A DNA stretch of 42,475 nt from Paracoccaceae bacterium (GTDB taxonomy: Bacteria > Pseudomonadota > Alphaproteobacteria > Rhodobacterales > Rhodobacteraceae): contig JBBKXP010000287.1 of NCBI GenBank assembly GCA_037969545.1, forward strand, positions 1 through 42,475, in the 5' to 3' direction. The translations under genes were made by a program, and so were the position numbers. The notes under the pieces were generated by a model that made no database searches, had not been told where the DNA came from, and saw only the letters and a list, made by a program, of their open reading frames with translations. Positions 16,520-26,169 of this stretch are shown here, piece after piece. Every line of letters starts with the position of its first letter. Positions within the stretch are counted from its first letter, which is position 1.

Positions 16520-17734
16520 ATGATTACAGTTCCGATGGTGCGGTTTCTTGACCGCGCGACTCCGCCCCATATCGCCACGCTGATCCTGCTTGCCGGGATT
16601 TCGGCGCTGAACATGTCGATCTTTTTGCCCTCGCTCAATGCGATGGCGCGGTATTTTCAGACCGATTATGCGATCATGCAGATCTCGCTGTCGGGTTATC
16701 TGGCCACAACGGCGGTGTTGCAGATCATCATCGGGCCGATTTCGGACCGCTACGGGCGACGCCTGATCGTGCTTTGGTCGCTGACGATTTTTGTGATCGC
16801 GACGGTCGGGGCGCTGATTTCGACAACGATCGGGGCCTTCCTGTTCTTCCGCATGTTGCAGGCTTCCGTGGCGACCGGCATCGTTCTATCGCGCGCCGTT
16901 GTGCGTGACATGGTGCCACAGGAGCAGGCGGCGTCGATGATCGGCTACGTGACCATGGGCATGGCATTGGTGCCGATGTTCGGGCCAATGATCGGCGGGG
17001 CGCTGGACCAGTTGTTCGACTGGCATGCGATATTCGTGTTTCTGGCGATGGCGGGGGTCGGGGTGCTGGCCTTGTGCTACTTCGATCAGGGCGAAACCAT
17101 TGCCGGACAGGGTGTCGGTTTTCGCGATCAGTTGCGCGGCTACCCCGAGTTGTTCGCTTCGCCCCGGTTCTGGGGTTATGCGCTGTCGGCAGCATTTTCG
17201 TCAGGTGCGTTCTTTGCCCTGCTTGGCGGCGCGTCGTTTGTCGCGGGCGACGTGTTTGGCCTGTCACCCTTGTGGAGCGGCATCGCGCTGGGCGCACCTG
17301 CCATCGGCTATGCGGTCGGCAACTATGTCTCGGGGCGCTATTCGGTGCGGTTCGGGATCAACCGGATGGCCGTGGCCGGGACGCTGATCATCATCTTCGG
17401 CCTTGGCCTGTCGTTCCTGATCTCGCTCGCCGGTTTCAACCACCCCGTGTTGTTCTTTGGGTTTTGCACCTTTCTGGGTCTTGGCAACGGGATCCAGTTG
17501 CCCAATGTCACTGCCGGCCTGTTGTCGGTGCGGCCGCATCTGGCGGGCACCGCCAGCGGTCTGGGCGGTGCGATGATGGTTGCCGGGGGTGCTGCGCTGT
17601 CGCAAATCGCGGGCGGCATGTTGGATGTCGAGACCGGCACCCTGCCGTTGCAGGCGCTGATGCTGGCCACGTCGGTCATGGCCCTGTTGGCCGTCCTTTA
17701 CGTGATTTGGCGCGAGGCGCGACTGCGTCGCTAG
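16520..17734 (+). CDS. MFS transporter, Bcr/CflA drug-efflux subfamily
   Basis: 404 aa with 12 predicted helices. The N-terminal ALNMSIFLPSLNAMARYF and the motif GPISDRYGRR are typical of Bcr/CflA-type MFS exporters. Confidence 0.85.
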   Translation: MITVPMVRFLDRATPPHIATLILLAGISALNMSIFLPSLNAMARYFQTDYAIMQISLSGYLATTAVLQIIIGPISDRYGRRLIVLWSLTIFVIATVGALISTTIGAFLFFRMLQASVATGIVLSRAVVRDMVPQEQAASMIGYVTMGMALVPMFGPMIGGALDQLFDWHAIFVFLAMAGVGVLALCYFDQGETIAGQGVGFRDQLRGYPELFASPRFWGYALSAAFSSGAFFALLGGASFVAGDVFGLSPLWSGIALGAPAIGYAVGNYVSGRYSVRFGINRMAVAGTLIIIFGLGLSFLISLAGFNHPVLFFGFCTFLGLGNGIQLPNVTAGLLSVRPHLAGTASGLGGAMMVAGGAALSQIAGGMLDVETGTLPLQALMLATSVMALLAVLYVIWREARLRR

Positions 17735-17831
17735 AGCGGTTCAGGTTTCATCGGAATCGGAATTCCCTGCCTCTCGCTGCGCTCGAACGCGATTTCCGAT
17801 CCGACATTTTCCAAGAAAACCCAAACCGCCT
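17734..17831. repeat. 98-bp palindromic MITE-like element, copy A, flanked by TA/TA
   Basis: It aligns without gaps to 33071..33168 with 85/98 identical positions (hand alignment). It has terminal inverted repeats GAGCGGTTCAGGTTT / AAACCCAAACCGCCT and inner arms TCGGAATCGGA / TCCGATCCGA. TA lies at 17732-33 and 17832-33. Confidence 0.75.
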
Positions 17832-17883
17832 TAATTGCTTGATTTGCATGATTAGCAGGATCATAATTTTGCTATCGCAACAA

Positions 17884-17891
17884 TTTGCAAA
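17884..17891. promoter_or_regulatory. TTTGCAAA motif 9 nt upstream of the pccR-like ATG
   Basis: A perfect TTTGCAAA, with related TTTGCTAT (17868-17875) and TTTGCATG (17843-17850) upstream. Confidence 0.3.
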
Positions 17892-17899
17892 GGCAGGCA

Positions 17900-19291
17900 A
17901 TGGCCGTTCAGAAACTGTATGCCGGGGCCAAACTGCGCGAAATGCGCGCCCGCCTGTCGCTGACCCAAAAGGGTTTTGCGGAACAACTGGGCATCAGCCT
18001 GCCGTATCTGAACCAGATGGAAAACAACAACCGGCCGGTCAGCACTGCCGTCGTGCTGGCGCTGGCGACCGAGTTCGGGTTCGACGTGACCGAGTTGCAA
18101 TCGGGTGACGAGGCCCGGTTGGTCGGCGATCTGCGCGAGGCCTTGGCCGATCCGGCGCTGGCCGGCCCTGCCCCGGCACTTGCAGATTTGCGACTTGTCG
18201 CGGCAAACGCGCCGACTGTCGCGCGGGCGTTTCTTGATCTCCACGCGGCCTATCGGCAGACCCACGAACGCCTCGCATCGCTCGACGAAGCATTGGGGCG
18301 CGAAGATGCCCGCCTGCAACCGAGTCCCTGGGACGAGGTGCGCGACTTTTTCCACTATTGCGGCAATTATCTGGATGCGGTGGACCGCGCCGCCGAAGGG
18401 TTTGCCGCAGGCGCAGATGATCTGCGGACCGCCGCAATCGCGGCGCTGGCCGAACACCGGATCGACGTGGTCTTTGCCACCGCCGATGTCGTGCGCAACT
18501 ACGATCCGGCGCTGCGTATTCTGACGATTTCAAGCCGCGCCGCACCGCCGACGCAGACCTTTCAACTGCTGTTGCAACTGGCGTTGATCGCGCAAGCGGA
18601 ACTGATCAGCGCCACCCTTGACCTTGCCAGGTTCCAGACCGCAGAAGCGCGGGCCATCGCCTTGGTCGGTCTCGCAAATTATTACGCCGGGGCGGTGCTG
18701 ATGCCCTACGGCGCGTTTCTGGCGGCGGCGCAGGACACCCGGCACGATCTGGAAATCCTGGCTAACCGGTTCGGCGCCTCGCTCGAGCAGGTGGCGCACC
18801 GGCTATCGACGTTGCAGCGCCCCGGGGCCACGGGGATCCCGTTTTTCTTTGTCCGCGTCGATCCGGCGGGCACGATTACCAAGCGACATTCGGCGACGAC
18901 CCTGCAATTTGCCCGTTACGGCGGGGCCTGCGCCCTGTGGAACGTCCACCGGGCGTTCGAGACGCCGGGCCGCTGGCTGCGTCAGTTGGCCGAGACACCA
19001 GATGGGGCGCGGTACTTCTGTCTGGCGCGCGACGTGTCCAAGGCGCCGGGCGCGTTTCATGCGCCGACGCGCCGGTTTGCCATCGGGCTTGGCTGCGAGG
19101 TGCGCCATGCAGGGGCTCTTGTCTATGCCGACCACATGGATGTGGACGTGTCACAGGCCTATGAACCGATTGGTATTTCGTGCCGGATTTGCGAACGCAG
19201 GAATTGCCACCAGCGATCAGTTCCGCCACTTGAACGCCGCTTGCGGATCGACCCGAACCGGCGCGGTATTCTGCCCTATGAGGTTGATTGA
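17900..19291 (+). CDS. pccR: short-chain fatty acyl-CoA regulator (ScfR) family transcriptional regulator, PccR-like
   Basis: ORF 17885..19291 trimmed to the ATG at 17900 (MAVQKLYAGAKLREMRARLSLTQKGFAEQLGISLPYLNQMENNNRPVS = XRE HTH). It has a central ImmA/IrrE-like region and a C-terminal Cys cluster (CRICERRNCHQRS). The symbol rests on proximity to pccB; a paralogue (RamB/MccR-type) cannot be excluded. Confidence 0.75.
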   Translation: MAVQKLYAGAKLREMRARLSLTQKGFAEQLGISLPYLNQMENNNRPVSTAVVLALATEFGFDVTELQSGDEARLVGDLREALADPALAGPAPALADLRLVAANAPTVARAFLDLHAAYRQTHERLASLDEALGREDARLQPSPWDEVRDFFHYCGNYLDAVDRAAEGFAAGADDLRTAAIAALAEHRIDVVFATADVVRNYDPALRILTISSRAAPPTQTFQLLLQLALIAQAELISATLDLARFQTAEARAIALVGLANYYAGAVLMPYGAFLAAAQDTRHDLEILANRFGASLEQVAHRLSTLQRPGATGIPFFFVRVDPAGTITKRHSATTLQFARYGGACALWNVHRAFETPGRWLRQLAETPDGARYFCLARDVSKAPGAFHAPTRRFAIGLGCEVRHAGALVYADHMDVDVSQAYEPIGISCRICERRNCHQRSVPPLERRLRIDPNRRGILPYEVD

Positions 19292-19734
19292 TGGAGCTTG
19301 TGGGGGATCACCTGATCGCCGCCGATCCGGCGCAAGTCTGGGCGCAGTTGCTTGACCCGGTGACGCTGATGGGCTGCGTGCCGGGGCTGGCCGAGGTCAA
19401 GGGCGACATGGTGTCGGGGTATGAGGCGTTGATCAAACGCCGGATCGGCCCCCTGCCCCTGACCATTCGTGGCCGGTTGCAACTGGTCGATGTGGTGCCC
19501 GGCGTCAGTTATACGATCCTGACCGAAGGGTCTGGCGGACTTGCCGGATCGGCCAAGGGCACGGCCGATGTGCGGATGAAGGCGGTCGCGGGCGGCACCC
19601 GGCTGACCTATCGCGCCACGGCGGCTGTCGGTGGCCGGCTGGCGAAACTGGGCGAGGGAATCGTGAAGCCTCTGGCGCAGACGGCGATGAACCGCTTTTT
19701 TGACCGCTTCAGTGCAGCGGTTGCGGCCCCGTAG
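19291..19734 (+). CDS. CoxG / SRPBCC family protein
   Basis: 147 aa (MELVGDHLIAADPAQVWAQLLDPVTLMGCVPG...GRLAKLGEGIVKPLAQTAMNRFFDRF), typical of CoxG (PF06240-like). The ATG overlaps the pccR stop (TGATG). Confidence 0.75.
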   Translation: MELVGDHLIAADPAQVWAQLLDPVTLMGCVPGLAEVKGDMVSGYEALIKRRIGPLPLTIRGRLQLVDVVPGVSYTILTEGSGGLAGSAKGTADVRMKAVAGGTRLTYRATAAVGGRLAKLGEGIVKPLAQTAMNRFFDRFSAAVAAP

Positions 19735-19836
19735 CGGGCGGCGGGCGGGTCGCGACAATCCTGTCGGGTCAAAGGCGCGCGGCATCCGCTGACAAATGGC
19801 AGAGGTGATCCGATTGCCGGGTCCGGGCGGCACTGT

Positions 19837-21495
19837 TCATCGCTGCGATGTCCGCCAGTGCGGATTGATCCAGGGTTCGTCATTGGCAGGCGGCAAGGGC
19901 GTTCGCCCAAGGATATGATCGGCCGCCTTTTCGCCGGTCATGATGCTGGGCGCGTTCAGGTTGCCGTTGGTGATGCGCGGAAAGATCGAACTGTCGGCAA
20001 CGCGCAAGGCATCCACGCCGATGACGCGGGTTTCAGGGTCGACCACGGCCATGTCGTCGTCCGCCCGCCCCATCTTGCAGGTGCCGCAGGGATGATAGGC
20101 GCTTTCCACATGTTCGCGGATCGCGTCATCAAGGGCCGCGTCCGATTGCGCCGCATCGCCGGGCTGGATCTCGTGGCCGCGAAAAGGGGCAAAGGCGTCT
20201 TGCGCGAAAATTTCACGGGTCAGGCGAATGCACGTGCGGAAATCGGTCCAGTCGGTGGGGTCGGACATATAGTTGAACTGGATTTTCGGGGCCGCATCCG
20301 GGTCGTTTGATTTCAGCGTCACCTGCCCGCGCGACACCGACCGCATCGGCCCGACATGGGCCTGAAAACCGTGCCCCTCGGCCACCGTCCTGCCATCGTA
20401 GCGCACCGCGATGGGCAGGAAATGATACTGGATATCGGGGTAGTCGACCCCGGCGGCAGAGCGGATAAAACCGGCGCTTTCGAACTGGTTTGAGGCACCA
20501 AGGCCGGTTTTTGTAAATAGCCATTGCGCCCCGATCATACCCTTGCCGTAAAGATTCCAATGTCTGAAAAGGGATACGGGCTGGGTCGCGGCCATCTGGA
20601 CATACATTTCCAGATGGTCTTGCAAGTTTTGTCCAACTCCGGGCCGGTTGGCAATCACCGGAATATCGTGACTGGCCAGATGTTCCGCCGGACCGATGCC
20701 TGAGTGCATCAGGATTTTGGGCGAGTTGAGCGAGGACGCGGTGATGATGACCTCGGCGTTCGCGCCGATAACCTCGATCCGGCCTTTGCGGCGCACTTCG
20801 ACCCCCGTCGCACGGCCGTTCTCGATGATTACACGGCGTACCAGGGCGCGCACCAGCGTGCAGTTTGGGCGTTTCAGCGCCGGGCGCAGATAGGCGTTAG
20901 CCGCAGACCAGCGCCGCCCGCCCCAGATGGTCGCATCAAAAGGACCGAACCCCTCTTGCTGCTGCCCGTTGTAATCAGGGGTCACCGGATAGCCGGCCTG
21001 CACCCCGGCTTCGACAAAGGCGCGGGTCAGCAGGTTGGTGCGGGGGCCGCGGGTGATGTGCAGCGGGCCATCAGTGCCGCGCCATGCCGGATCGCCACCA
21101 TGCCCGCCATCGTGCCAGTGTTCCAGACGTTTGAAGTAGGGCAGCACATCGGCATAGCCCCAGCCGGTTGCGCCTTGTTCGGCCCAATGGTCGAAATCGC
21201 GGGCATGGCCGCGCACATAGATCATCCCGTTGATCGAGGACGATCCGCCAATCACCTTGCCACGTGGGGTCGCCATGATGCGCCCGCCAAGATGCGGTTC
21301 GGGTTCGGATTTCAGACCCCAGTCGTAGAGCGCCATGTTCATCGGGTAGGACAAGGCCGCGGGCATCTGGATGAACGGGCCGCCGTCCCAACCGCCATGT
21401 TCGATGACAAGCACCTGCTTGCCCGCCTCGGCCAATCGGTAAGCGATGGCGCATCCGGCAGACCCGGCGCCGACAATGACGTAATCGGCCTGCAT
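19837..21495 (-). CDS. betA: choline dehydrogenase (GMC oxidoreductase)
   Basis: 552 aa with an N-terminal FAD fold ([20 protein letters not shown]) and GMC signatures. It is the last gene of a betICBA-ordered operon. Confidence 0.92.
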   Translation of the reverse strand: MQADYVIVGAGSAGCAIAYRLAEAGKQVLVIEHGGWDGGPFIQMPAALSYPMNMALYDWGLKSEPEPHLGGRIMATPRGKVIGGSSSINGMIYVRGHARDFDHWAEQGATGWGYADVLPYFKRLEHWHDGGHGGDPAWRGTDGPLHITRGPRTNLLTRAFVEAGVQAGYPVTPDYNGQQQEGFGPFDATIWGGRRWSAANAYLRPALKRPNCTLVRALVRRVIIENGRATGVEVRRKGRIEVIGANAEVIITASSLNSPKILMHSGIGPAEHLASHDIPVIANRPGVGQNLQDHLEMYVQMAATQPVSLFRHWNLYGKGMIGAQWLFTKTGLGASNQFESAGFIRSAAGVDYPDIQYHFLPIAVRYDGRTVAEGHGFQAHVGPMRSVSRGQVTLKSNDPDAAPKIQFNYMSDPTDWTDFRTCIRLTREIFAQDAFAPFRGHEIQPGDAAQSDAALDDAIREHVESAYHPCGTCKMGRADDDMAVVDPETRVIGVDALRVADSSIFPRITNGNLNAPSIMTGEKAADHILGRTPLPPANDEPWINPHWRTSQR

Positions 21496-22959
21496 CTAAA
21501 ACGGCGCCTCACAGGGGTTGAGGCTGACGTAGACCGACTTCATCTCGGAGTAGTGGTTGATCGCCAGTTTCGAGTTTTCGCGGCCAACGCCAGAGGCTTT
21601 CGAACCGCCAAAGGGGGCCTCGACCGGCGCGAGATTGTAGCTGTTGATATAGCAAGTCCCGGCCTCGAACCCTGCCGCCATGCGATGGGCGCGGGTAAGA
21701 TCGGCGGTAAACACCCCCGCGGCAAGGCCGAATTCGGTGGAATTGGCGCGGCGCAGGACCTCGGATTCGGTATCAAAGTCGAGCACCGACAGGACCGGGC
21801 CGAAGATTTCTTCGCGGGCAATTGTCATCTCGTCGGTGACGCCGGTGAACACGGCTGGTTCGATAAAAAACCCTGTGTTGCCAACACGCTTGCCGCCGTA
21901 AGCCAACGTTGCACCCTCTTTGACGCCCAGCGCGATGTAGCGTTCGACGATGTCAAGCTGGCGGGTGTTGGACATCGGGCCGAAATTGGTTTTTGGGTCC
22001 AGCGGATCGCCCATCACCACGCCGGTTGTCAGCCGGTCGATCAGGCGGGTCACGAATGCCGCGCGGATGGTGCTTTGCACGAATACCCGCGTGCCGTTCG
22101 AGCATACTTGCCCGGACGAGTAGAAATTCGCCAGCACCGCGCCCGAAACCGCGCTGTCGAGATCGGCATCGTCGAAGATCACCAGCGGGGATTTGCCGCC
22201 CAGTTCCATCGTGACGTGTTTCATGCTGGCAGCCGCCGCGGCATAGACCTTGCGCCCCGTCGGCACCGACCCGGTCAGTGAGACCTTGGCAACCCGCGGG
22301 TCAGTGACCAGCGCCGCGCCGACCGGGCCGAGACCTTGAATGACGTTGTAACAGCCCGCAGGCAGCCCGGCCTCGTGCAGAATCTCGGCAACTTTCAGGG
22401 CGGAAAGCGGTGTGGTTTCCGAGGGCTTGAATACCATCGCGTTGCCGCAGGCCAGGGCCGGGGCGCCCTTCCACGCGGCGATTTGAGTGGGATAGTTCCA
22501 GGCACCGATGCCGACGCAGACGCCCAGGGCTTCACGCCGGGTATAGACGAAATCGCCGTTGCCCAGCGGGATGTGTTCGCCGGTCAGGCTGCCCGCCAGC
22601 CCGCCGAAATATTCCAGCGCGTCAGCGGCGCTGGTCGCATCGGCCACGGAGGTTTCGGCATAGGGTTTGCCGGTATCCATGGTTTCGAGCACACTGAGGT
22701 CGTGATTGCGTGCGCGAAGGATATCAGCGGCCCGGCGCAACACCCGTCCACGCTCGGTGCCGGTCATCGCCGCCCAATCCTTCTGCGCCCGCGCCGCACT
22801 GTTCAACGCCTGGTCGATGATCGCCGGCGTAGCGGCGTGCAGGTTGGCGATGACCTTGCCGGTGGCCGGATAGATCACCGCGATCGGATCGCCTGCGGTG
22901 TCTTCAACATAGCTGCCGTCGATGAAGTGGCTGGCCTTGGGTTGGGTGTCATAGGTCAT
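21496..22959 (-). CDS. betB: betaine-aldehyde dehydrogenase
   Basis: ORF 21496..23208 trimmed to the ATG at 22959 ([20 protein letters not shown]...), giving 487 aa. The aldehyde dehydrogenase catalytic blocks ([18 protein letters not shown]) are present. The stop abuts the betA ATG. Confidence 0.92.
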   Translation of the reverse strand: MTYDTQPKASHFIDGSYVEDTAGDPIAVIYPATGKVIANLHAATPAIIDQALNSAARAQKDWAAMTGTERGRVLRRAADILRARNHDLSVLETMDTGKPYAETSVADATSAADALEYFGGLAGSLTGEHIPLGNGDFVYTRREALGVCVGIGAWNYPTQIAAWKGAPALACGNAMVFKPSETTPLSALKVAEILHEAGLPAGCYNVIQGLGPVGAALVTDPRVAKVSLTGSVPTGRKVYAAAAASMKHVTMELGGKSPLVIFDDADLDSAVSGAVLANFYSSGQVCSNGTRVFVQSTIRAAFVTRLIDRLTTGVVMGDPLDPKTNFGPMSNTRQLDIVERYIALGVKEGATLAYGGKRVGNTGFFIEPAVFTGVTDEMTIAREEIFGPVLSVLDFDTESEVLRRANSTEFGLAAGVFTADLTRAHRMAAGFEAGTCYINSYNLAPVEAPFGGSKASGVGRENSKLAINHYSEMKSVYVSLNPCEAPF

Positions 22960-23012
22960 TTGATTAGCTTTCGATGCCTTCGGCGGGGATGTTTTCCAGC
23001 CAAAAGAAGGGT

Positions 23013-24518
23013 TTATTCGCCGCGTGGAAAGCGTTGGCCGTCTTCCAGAACGTTCAGGTCCATGTGGTTGCGCATGTAGCGTTCGGAGGCCTTTTGCAGC
23101 GGCTGGTAGTCCCACGGGTAATAGCTGCCATTGCGCAGTGCCGCGTAGACGACCCAGCGCCGGGCCTGACTTTCGCGCACATCGGCGTCGAAATCGTCCA
23201 GATCCCAACGTGCTGCGGCGGCGATCCGAAAGCGTTCAAGCGTCGCTGCGTGGGCGGAATTTTCGGCAAGGTTGATCAGTTCGTGCGGGTCGGCGGACAT
23301 GTCGAACAACTGTTCGGGGTCGACAGCGCAGTAGGTGTATTTGAAGGCGCCTTCGCGCAGGCCAATCAGCGGCGCGATGGAGCCTTCGGCGGCGTATTCC
23401 ATCGGCACCGCGCCGCGTGGTCTTCCCGTCGCCACCGGGCGCAGGCTGGTGCCTTCGGTCCAGGGCATCACCGCTGACATATCGATCCCGGCAAGGTCGC
23501 AAAGCGTCGGCGTCACGTCGATCGTGCTGACCGGTGTGTCGATGCGGCCCGGTTTCATGCCGGGTGCGGCGATCATCAGGGGGACGCGGGATGAGCCGTC
23601 ATAGAACGACATCTTGAACCACATGCTGCGGTCGCCCAGCATGTCGCCGTGGTCGGACACGAACATGATGATCGCCTCTTGCCGCGTATCATCCAGCGTT
23701 TGCAGCAGTTCGCCAACCTTGTCGTCTAGGTAGCTGATGTTGGCGAAATAGGCGCGCCGGGCGCGGCGGACATGGTCGGGGGTGATGTCGAACTTTGCCG
23801 CATCCATCGCATCGTAAAGGCGGCGTGAATGGGGGTCGAGGTCGTCGTAGGCGATCGGTGCCACGTCGGGGTCAAGGTGTTCGCAATCAGCGTACAAGTC
23901 CCAGTATTTCTGTCGCGCCACATAGGGATCATGCGGGTGGGTGAAGCTGACCGTCAGGCACCAGGGTCGGCTATCGTGGCCGCGTGCGAGGTCATAGATC
24001 TTGCGGGTGGCGTGATAGGCGACCTCGTCGTCATATTCCATCTGGTTGGTGATTTCGGCAACGCCCGCGCGTTTCACCGATCCCATGTTGTGATACCACC
24101 AGTCGATCCGTTCGCCGGGTTTGCGATAGTCCGGTGTCCAGCCGAAATCGGCGGGATAGATGTCGGTGGTCAGGCGTTCCTCGAATCCGTGCAACTGGTC
24201 GGGGCCGACCATGTGCATCTTGCCCGAAAGGCAGGTCTGATAGCCCGCCCGGCGCAGGTGGTGCGCATAGGTCGGAATGGACGACGCGAATTCTGCGGCG
24301 TTGTCGTAGACGCCGGTGCGGCTGGGCAATTGGCCGGACATGAACGAGGCGCGGGCGGGCGCGCAAAGTGGGCTGGCCGTGTAGGTGTTGGCGAAACGGG
24401 TGGACCGGGCAGCAATAGCTTTGAGGTGCGGTGCATGCAGCCAGTCGGCGGGGCCGTCGGGGAACAGCGTGCCGTTCAACTGATCCACCATGATGATCAG
24501 GATGTTCGGCTTGGTCAT
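23013..24518 (-). CDS. betC: choline-sulfatase (Cys-type, formylglycine-dependent)
   Basis: 501 aa ([16 protein letters not shown]...). The sulfatase signature is [14 protein letters not shown] (C-x-P-x-R). It lies between betI and betB, as in the Sinorhizobium betICBA operon. Confidence 0.9.
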   Translation of the reverse strand: MTKPNILIIMVDQLNGTLFPDGPADWLHAPHLKAIAARSTRFANTYTASPLCAPARASFMSGQLPSRTGVYDNAAEFASSIPTYAHHLRRAGYQTCLSGKMHMVGPDQLHGFEERLTTDIYPADFGWTPDYRKPGERIDWWYHNMGSVKRAGVAEITNQMEYDDEVAYHATRKIYDLARGHDSRPWCLTVSFTHPHDPYVARQKYWDLYADCEHLDPDVAPIAYDDLDPHSRRLYDAMDAAKFDITPDHVRRARRAYFANISYLDDKVGELLQTLDDTRQEAIIMFVSDHGDMLGDRSMWFKMSFYDGSSRVPLMIAAPGMKPGRIDTPVSTIDVTPTLCDLAGIDMSAVMPWTEGTSLRPVATGRPRGAVPMEYAAEGSIAPLIGLREGAFKYTYCAVDPEQLFDMSADPHELINLAENSAHAATLERFRIAAAARWDLDDFDADVRESQARRWVVYAALRNGSYYPWDYQPLQKASERYMRNHMDLNVLEDGQRFPRGE

Positions 24519-25096
24519 CTGGCGGCTTTCAGCTCAATGTCGAGTTGGGTCAAGAGGTGGTGGGTGGCCATCCCGGTATCTGGCAGGTGCACGCCCAAGG
24601 CGGCGTGGAGATACATGCCGTCGATCAGGGCGGCGAGACGGGTGGCAATTTCGCCGGCATTGTCTTTGACCAAAGGACGCAGGGCGTCGATCAGGTTGGA
24701 TTGCAGGCGGCGTTGATAGACCGTCAGCAGACGCCGGGCAGCGGGCGAAGATTGGGCGAGAACGTAGAAATTGAGCCATGCCGCCACGACATCGCGACGG
24801 AAATTGGTGGCCGTGAACCCAGCCTTGATGATCGCCTCTGCCCGTCCGCGCGGACCATCGGCCATGGCCAGCGCGCCCCGTGCCTCGGCCCCATAAACGG
24901 TCAGGATATGGCGCATCGCGGCGAGGAATATCTGGTCCTTGCCGCCGAAATAATGGTGGGCGAGGGCCGACGACATGCCTGCCCGCTTGGCGATTTGGCT
25001 GACGGTGATGCCCAGCGTTCCGGTCACGCCAATTTCAGCAATGGTGGCTTTCACCAAAGCGGCACGGCGTATAGGCTCCATCCCAAGCTTGGGCAT
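24515..25096 (-). CDS. betI: TetR-family repressor BetI
   Basis: 193 aa. The N-terminus MPKLGMEPIRRAALVKATIAEIG...ITVSQIAKRAGMSSALAHHYFGGKDQ is typical of BetI. The stop overlaps the betC ATG (ATGA). Confidence 0.88.
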   Translation of the reverse strand: MPKLGMEPIRRAALVKATIAEIGVTGTLGITVSQIAKRAGMSSALAHHYFGGKDQIFLAAMRHILTVYGAEARGALAMADGPRGRAEAIIKAGFTATNFRRDVVAAWLNFYVLAQSSPAARRLLTVYQRRLQSNLIDALRPLVKDNAGEIATRLAALIDGMYLHAALGVHLPDTGMATHHLLTQLDIELKAAR

Positions 25097-25141
25097 GATG
25101 ACTCCGGTAAGGGGTTGCCAAGTGACCCTAGAGGGGTTTTT

Positions 25142-25155
25142 ATTGACTCGTCAAT
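25142..25155. promoter_or_regulatory. palindrome ATTGAC-TC-GTCAAT, candidate BetI operator
   Basis: Perfect 6+6 inverted repeat in the 109-bp betI/choX divergent region. TTGA...TCAA-type palindromes are typical TetR/BetI sites. I did not recall the exact consensus. Confidence 0.4.
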
Positions 25156-25205
25156 CAAGAAACCGCCGGACAAATCCGGCGACAATCGAAAACCGGGAGA
25201 CTGCC

Positions 25206-26126
25206 ATGAACTTGAGATCAACCCTGTCCGTACTGAGCATCTGTGCGGCATCGACCGCATGGGCCGATTGCGACAAAGTGACCTTTTCCGATGTCGGCTG
25301 GACCGACATCACCGCGACCACTGCAGCCACGACGCTGGTGCTGAACGCACTGGGTTACGAGACTGATACCAAAATCCTGTCGGTGCCGGTCACCTATACC
25401 TCGATGGCCGAGGGAAACATCGACGTGTTCCTGGGCAACTGGATGCCGACGATGGAGGGCGACATTGCCCCCTACCGCGATGCGGGCACCGTCGACACGG
25501 TGCGCACGAACCTTGAAGGGGCCAAGTATACGCTGGCCACCAATGCCGCAGGTGTCGCTGCCGGAATCACCGATTTCGCATCGCTGGCGCAGGCCAAGGA
25601 CGCGTTGGGCGGCAAGATCTACGGCATCGAGGCCGGCAACGACGGCAACCGACTGATCATGGACATGATCGCCGCCGATCCGGCACTGGACGGACTTGAA
25701 GTCATCGAAAGCTCTGAACAGGGGATGCTGGCGCAGGTCGCGCGGGCCGAAGACCGCGGCGAGCCGATCGTTTTCCTTGGTTGGGAACCGCATCCGATGA
25801 ACGCCAATTTCGACATGACCTACCTGCCCGGCGGTGATGACTGGTTCGGCCCCGATCTGGGCGGCGCGACGGTCGCCACAAACACCCGTGCAGGCTATGT
25901 GACCGAATGCCCGAACACCGGCAAGCTGCTGGAAAACATGACGTTCTCTCTGGCAATGGAAAATGAGATCATGGGCGCGATTCTGGATGATGGCGCAGAT
26001 CCGCAAGATGCTGCCAAGGCCTGGCTTGCCGCCAATACCGACGCCTGGATGCCCTGGCTGGATGGGGTGACAACCAAGGACGGCGGCGATGCTGTCGCGG
26101 CTGTCACCACAGCGCTGGAAGGCTAA
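25206..26126 (+). CDS. choX: choline / glycine-betaine ABC transporter substrate-binding protein
   Basis: ORF 24975..26126 trimmed to the ATG at 25206, with a GGGAGA RBS upstream. The signal peptide is MNLRSTLSVLSICAASTAWA. VTFSDVGWTDITATTAATT is ChoX/ProX-like. The symbol follows the Sinorhizobium choXWV naming; a ProX/OpuA-type specificity is possible. Confidence 0.8.
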   Translation: MNLRSTLSVLSICAASTAWADCDKVTFSDVGWTDITATTAATTLVLNALGYETDTKILSVPVTYTSMAEGNIDVFLGNWMPTMEGDIAPYRDAGTVDTVRTNLEGAKYTLATNAAGVAAGITDFASLAQAKDALGGKIYGIEAGNDGNRLIMDMIAADPALDGLEVIESSEQGMLAQVARAEDRGEPIVFLGWEPHPMNANFDMTYLPGGDDWFGPDLGGATVATNTRAGYVTECPNTGKLLENMTFSLAMENEIMGAILDDGADPQDAAKAWLAANTDAWMPWLDGVTTKDGGDAVAAVTTALEG

Positions 26127-26138
26127 GATGCAAGGCAC

Positions 26139-26160
26139 GGCGGGCCGGACGCGGCCCGCC
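26139..26160. terminator. GC-rich hairpin between convergent choX and GST genes
   Basis: GGCGGGCCG-GACG-CGGCCCGCC is a perfect 9-bp stem. There is no U-tract on either strand, so its function as a terminator is uncertain. Confidence 0.35.
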
Positions 26161-26169
26161 AACCCCGCT

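Noticed and set aside
17074-18108. 344-aa +strand ORF, and likewise 32432..33262, that read through the repeat elements and share the peptide RFHRNR...LERDFRSD
   Set aside because: The shared peptide is just the translation of the 98-bp repeat in one frame. Both ORFs are out-of-frame shadows of the MFS and SLC13 genes and cross genuine stop codons of real genes.
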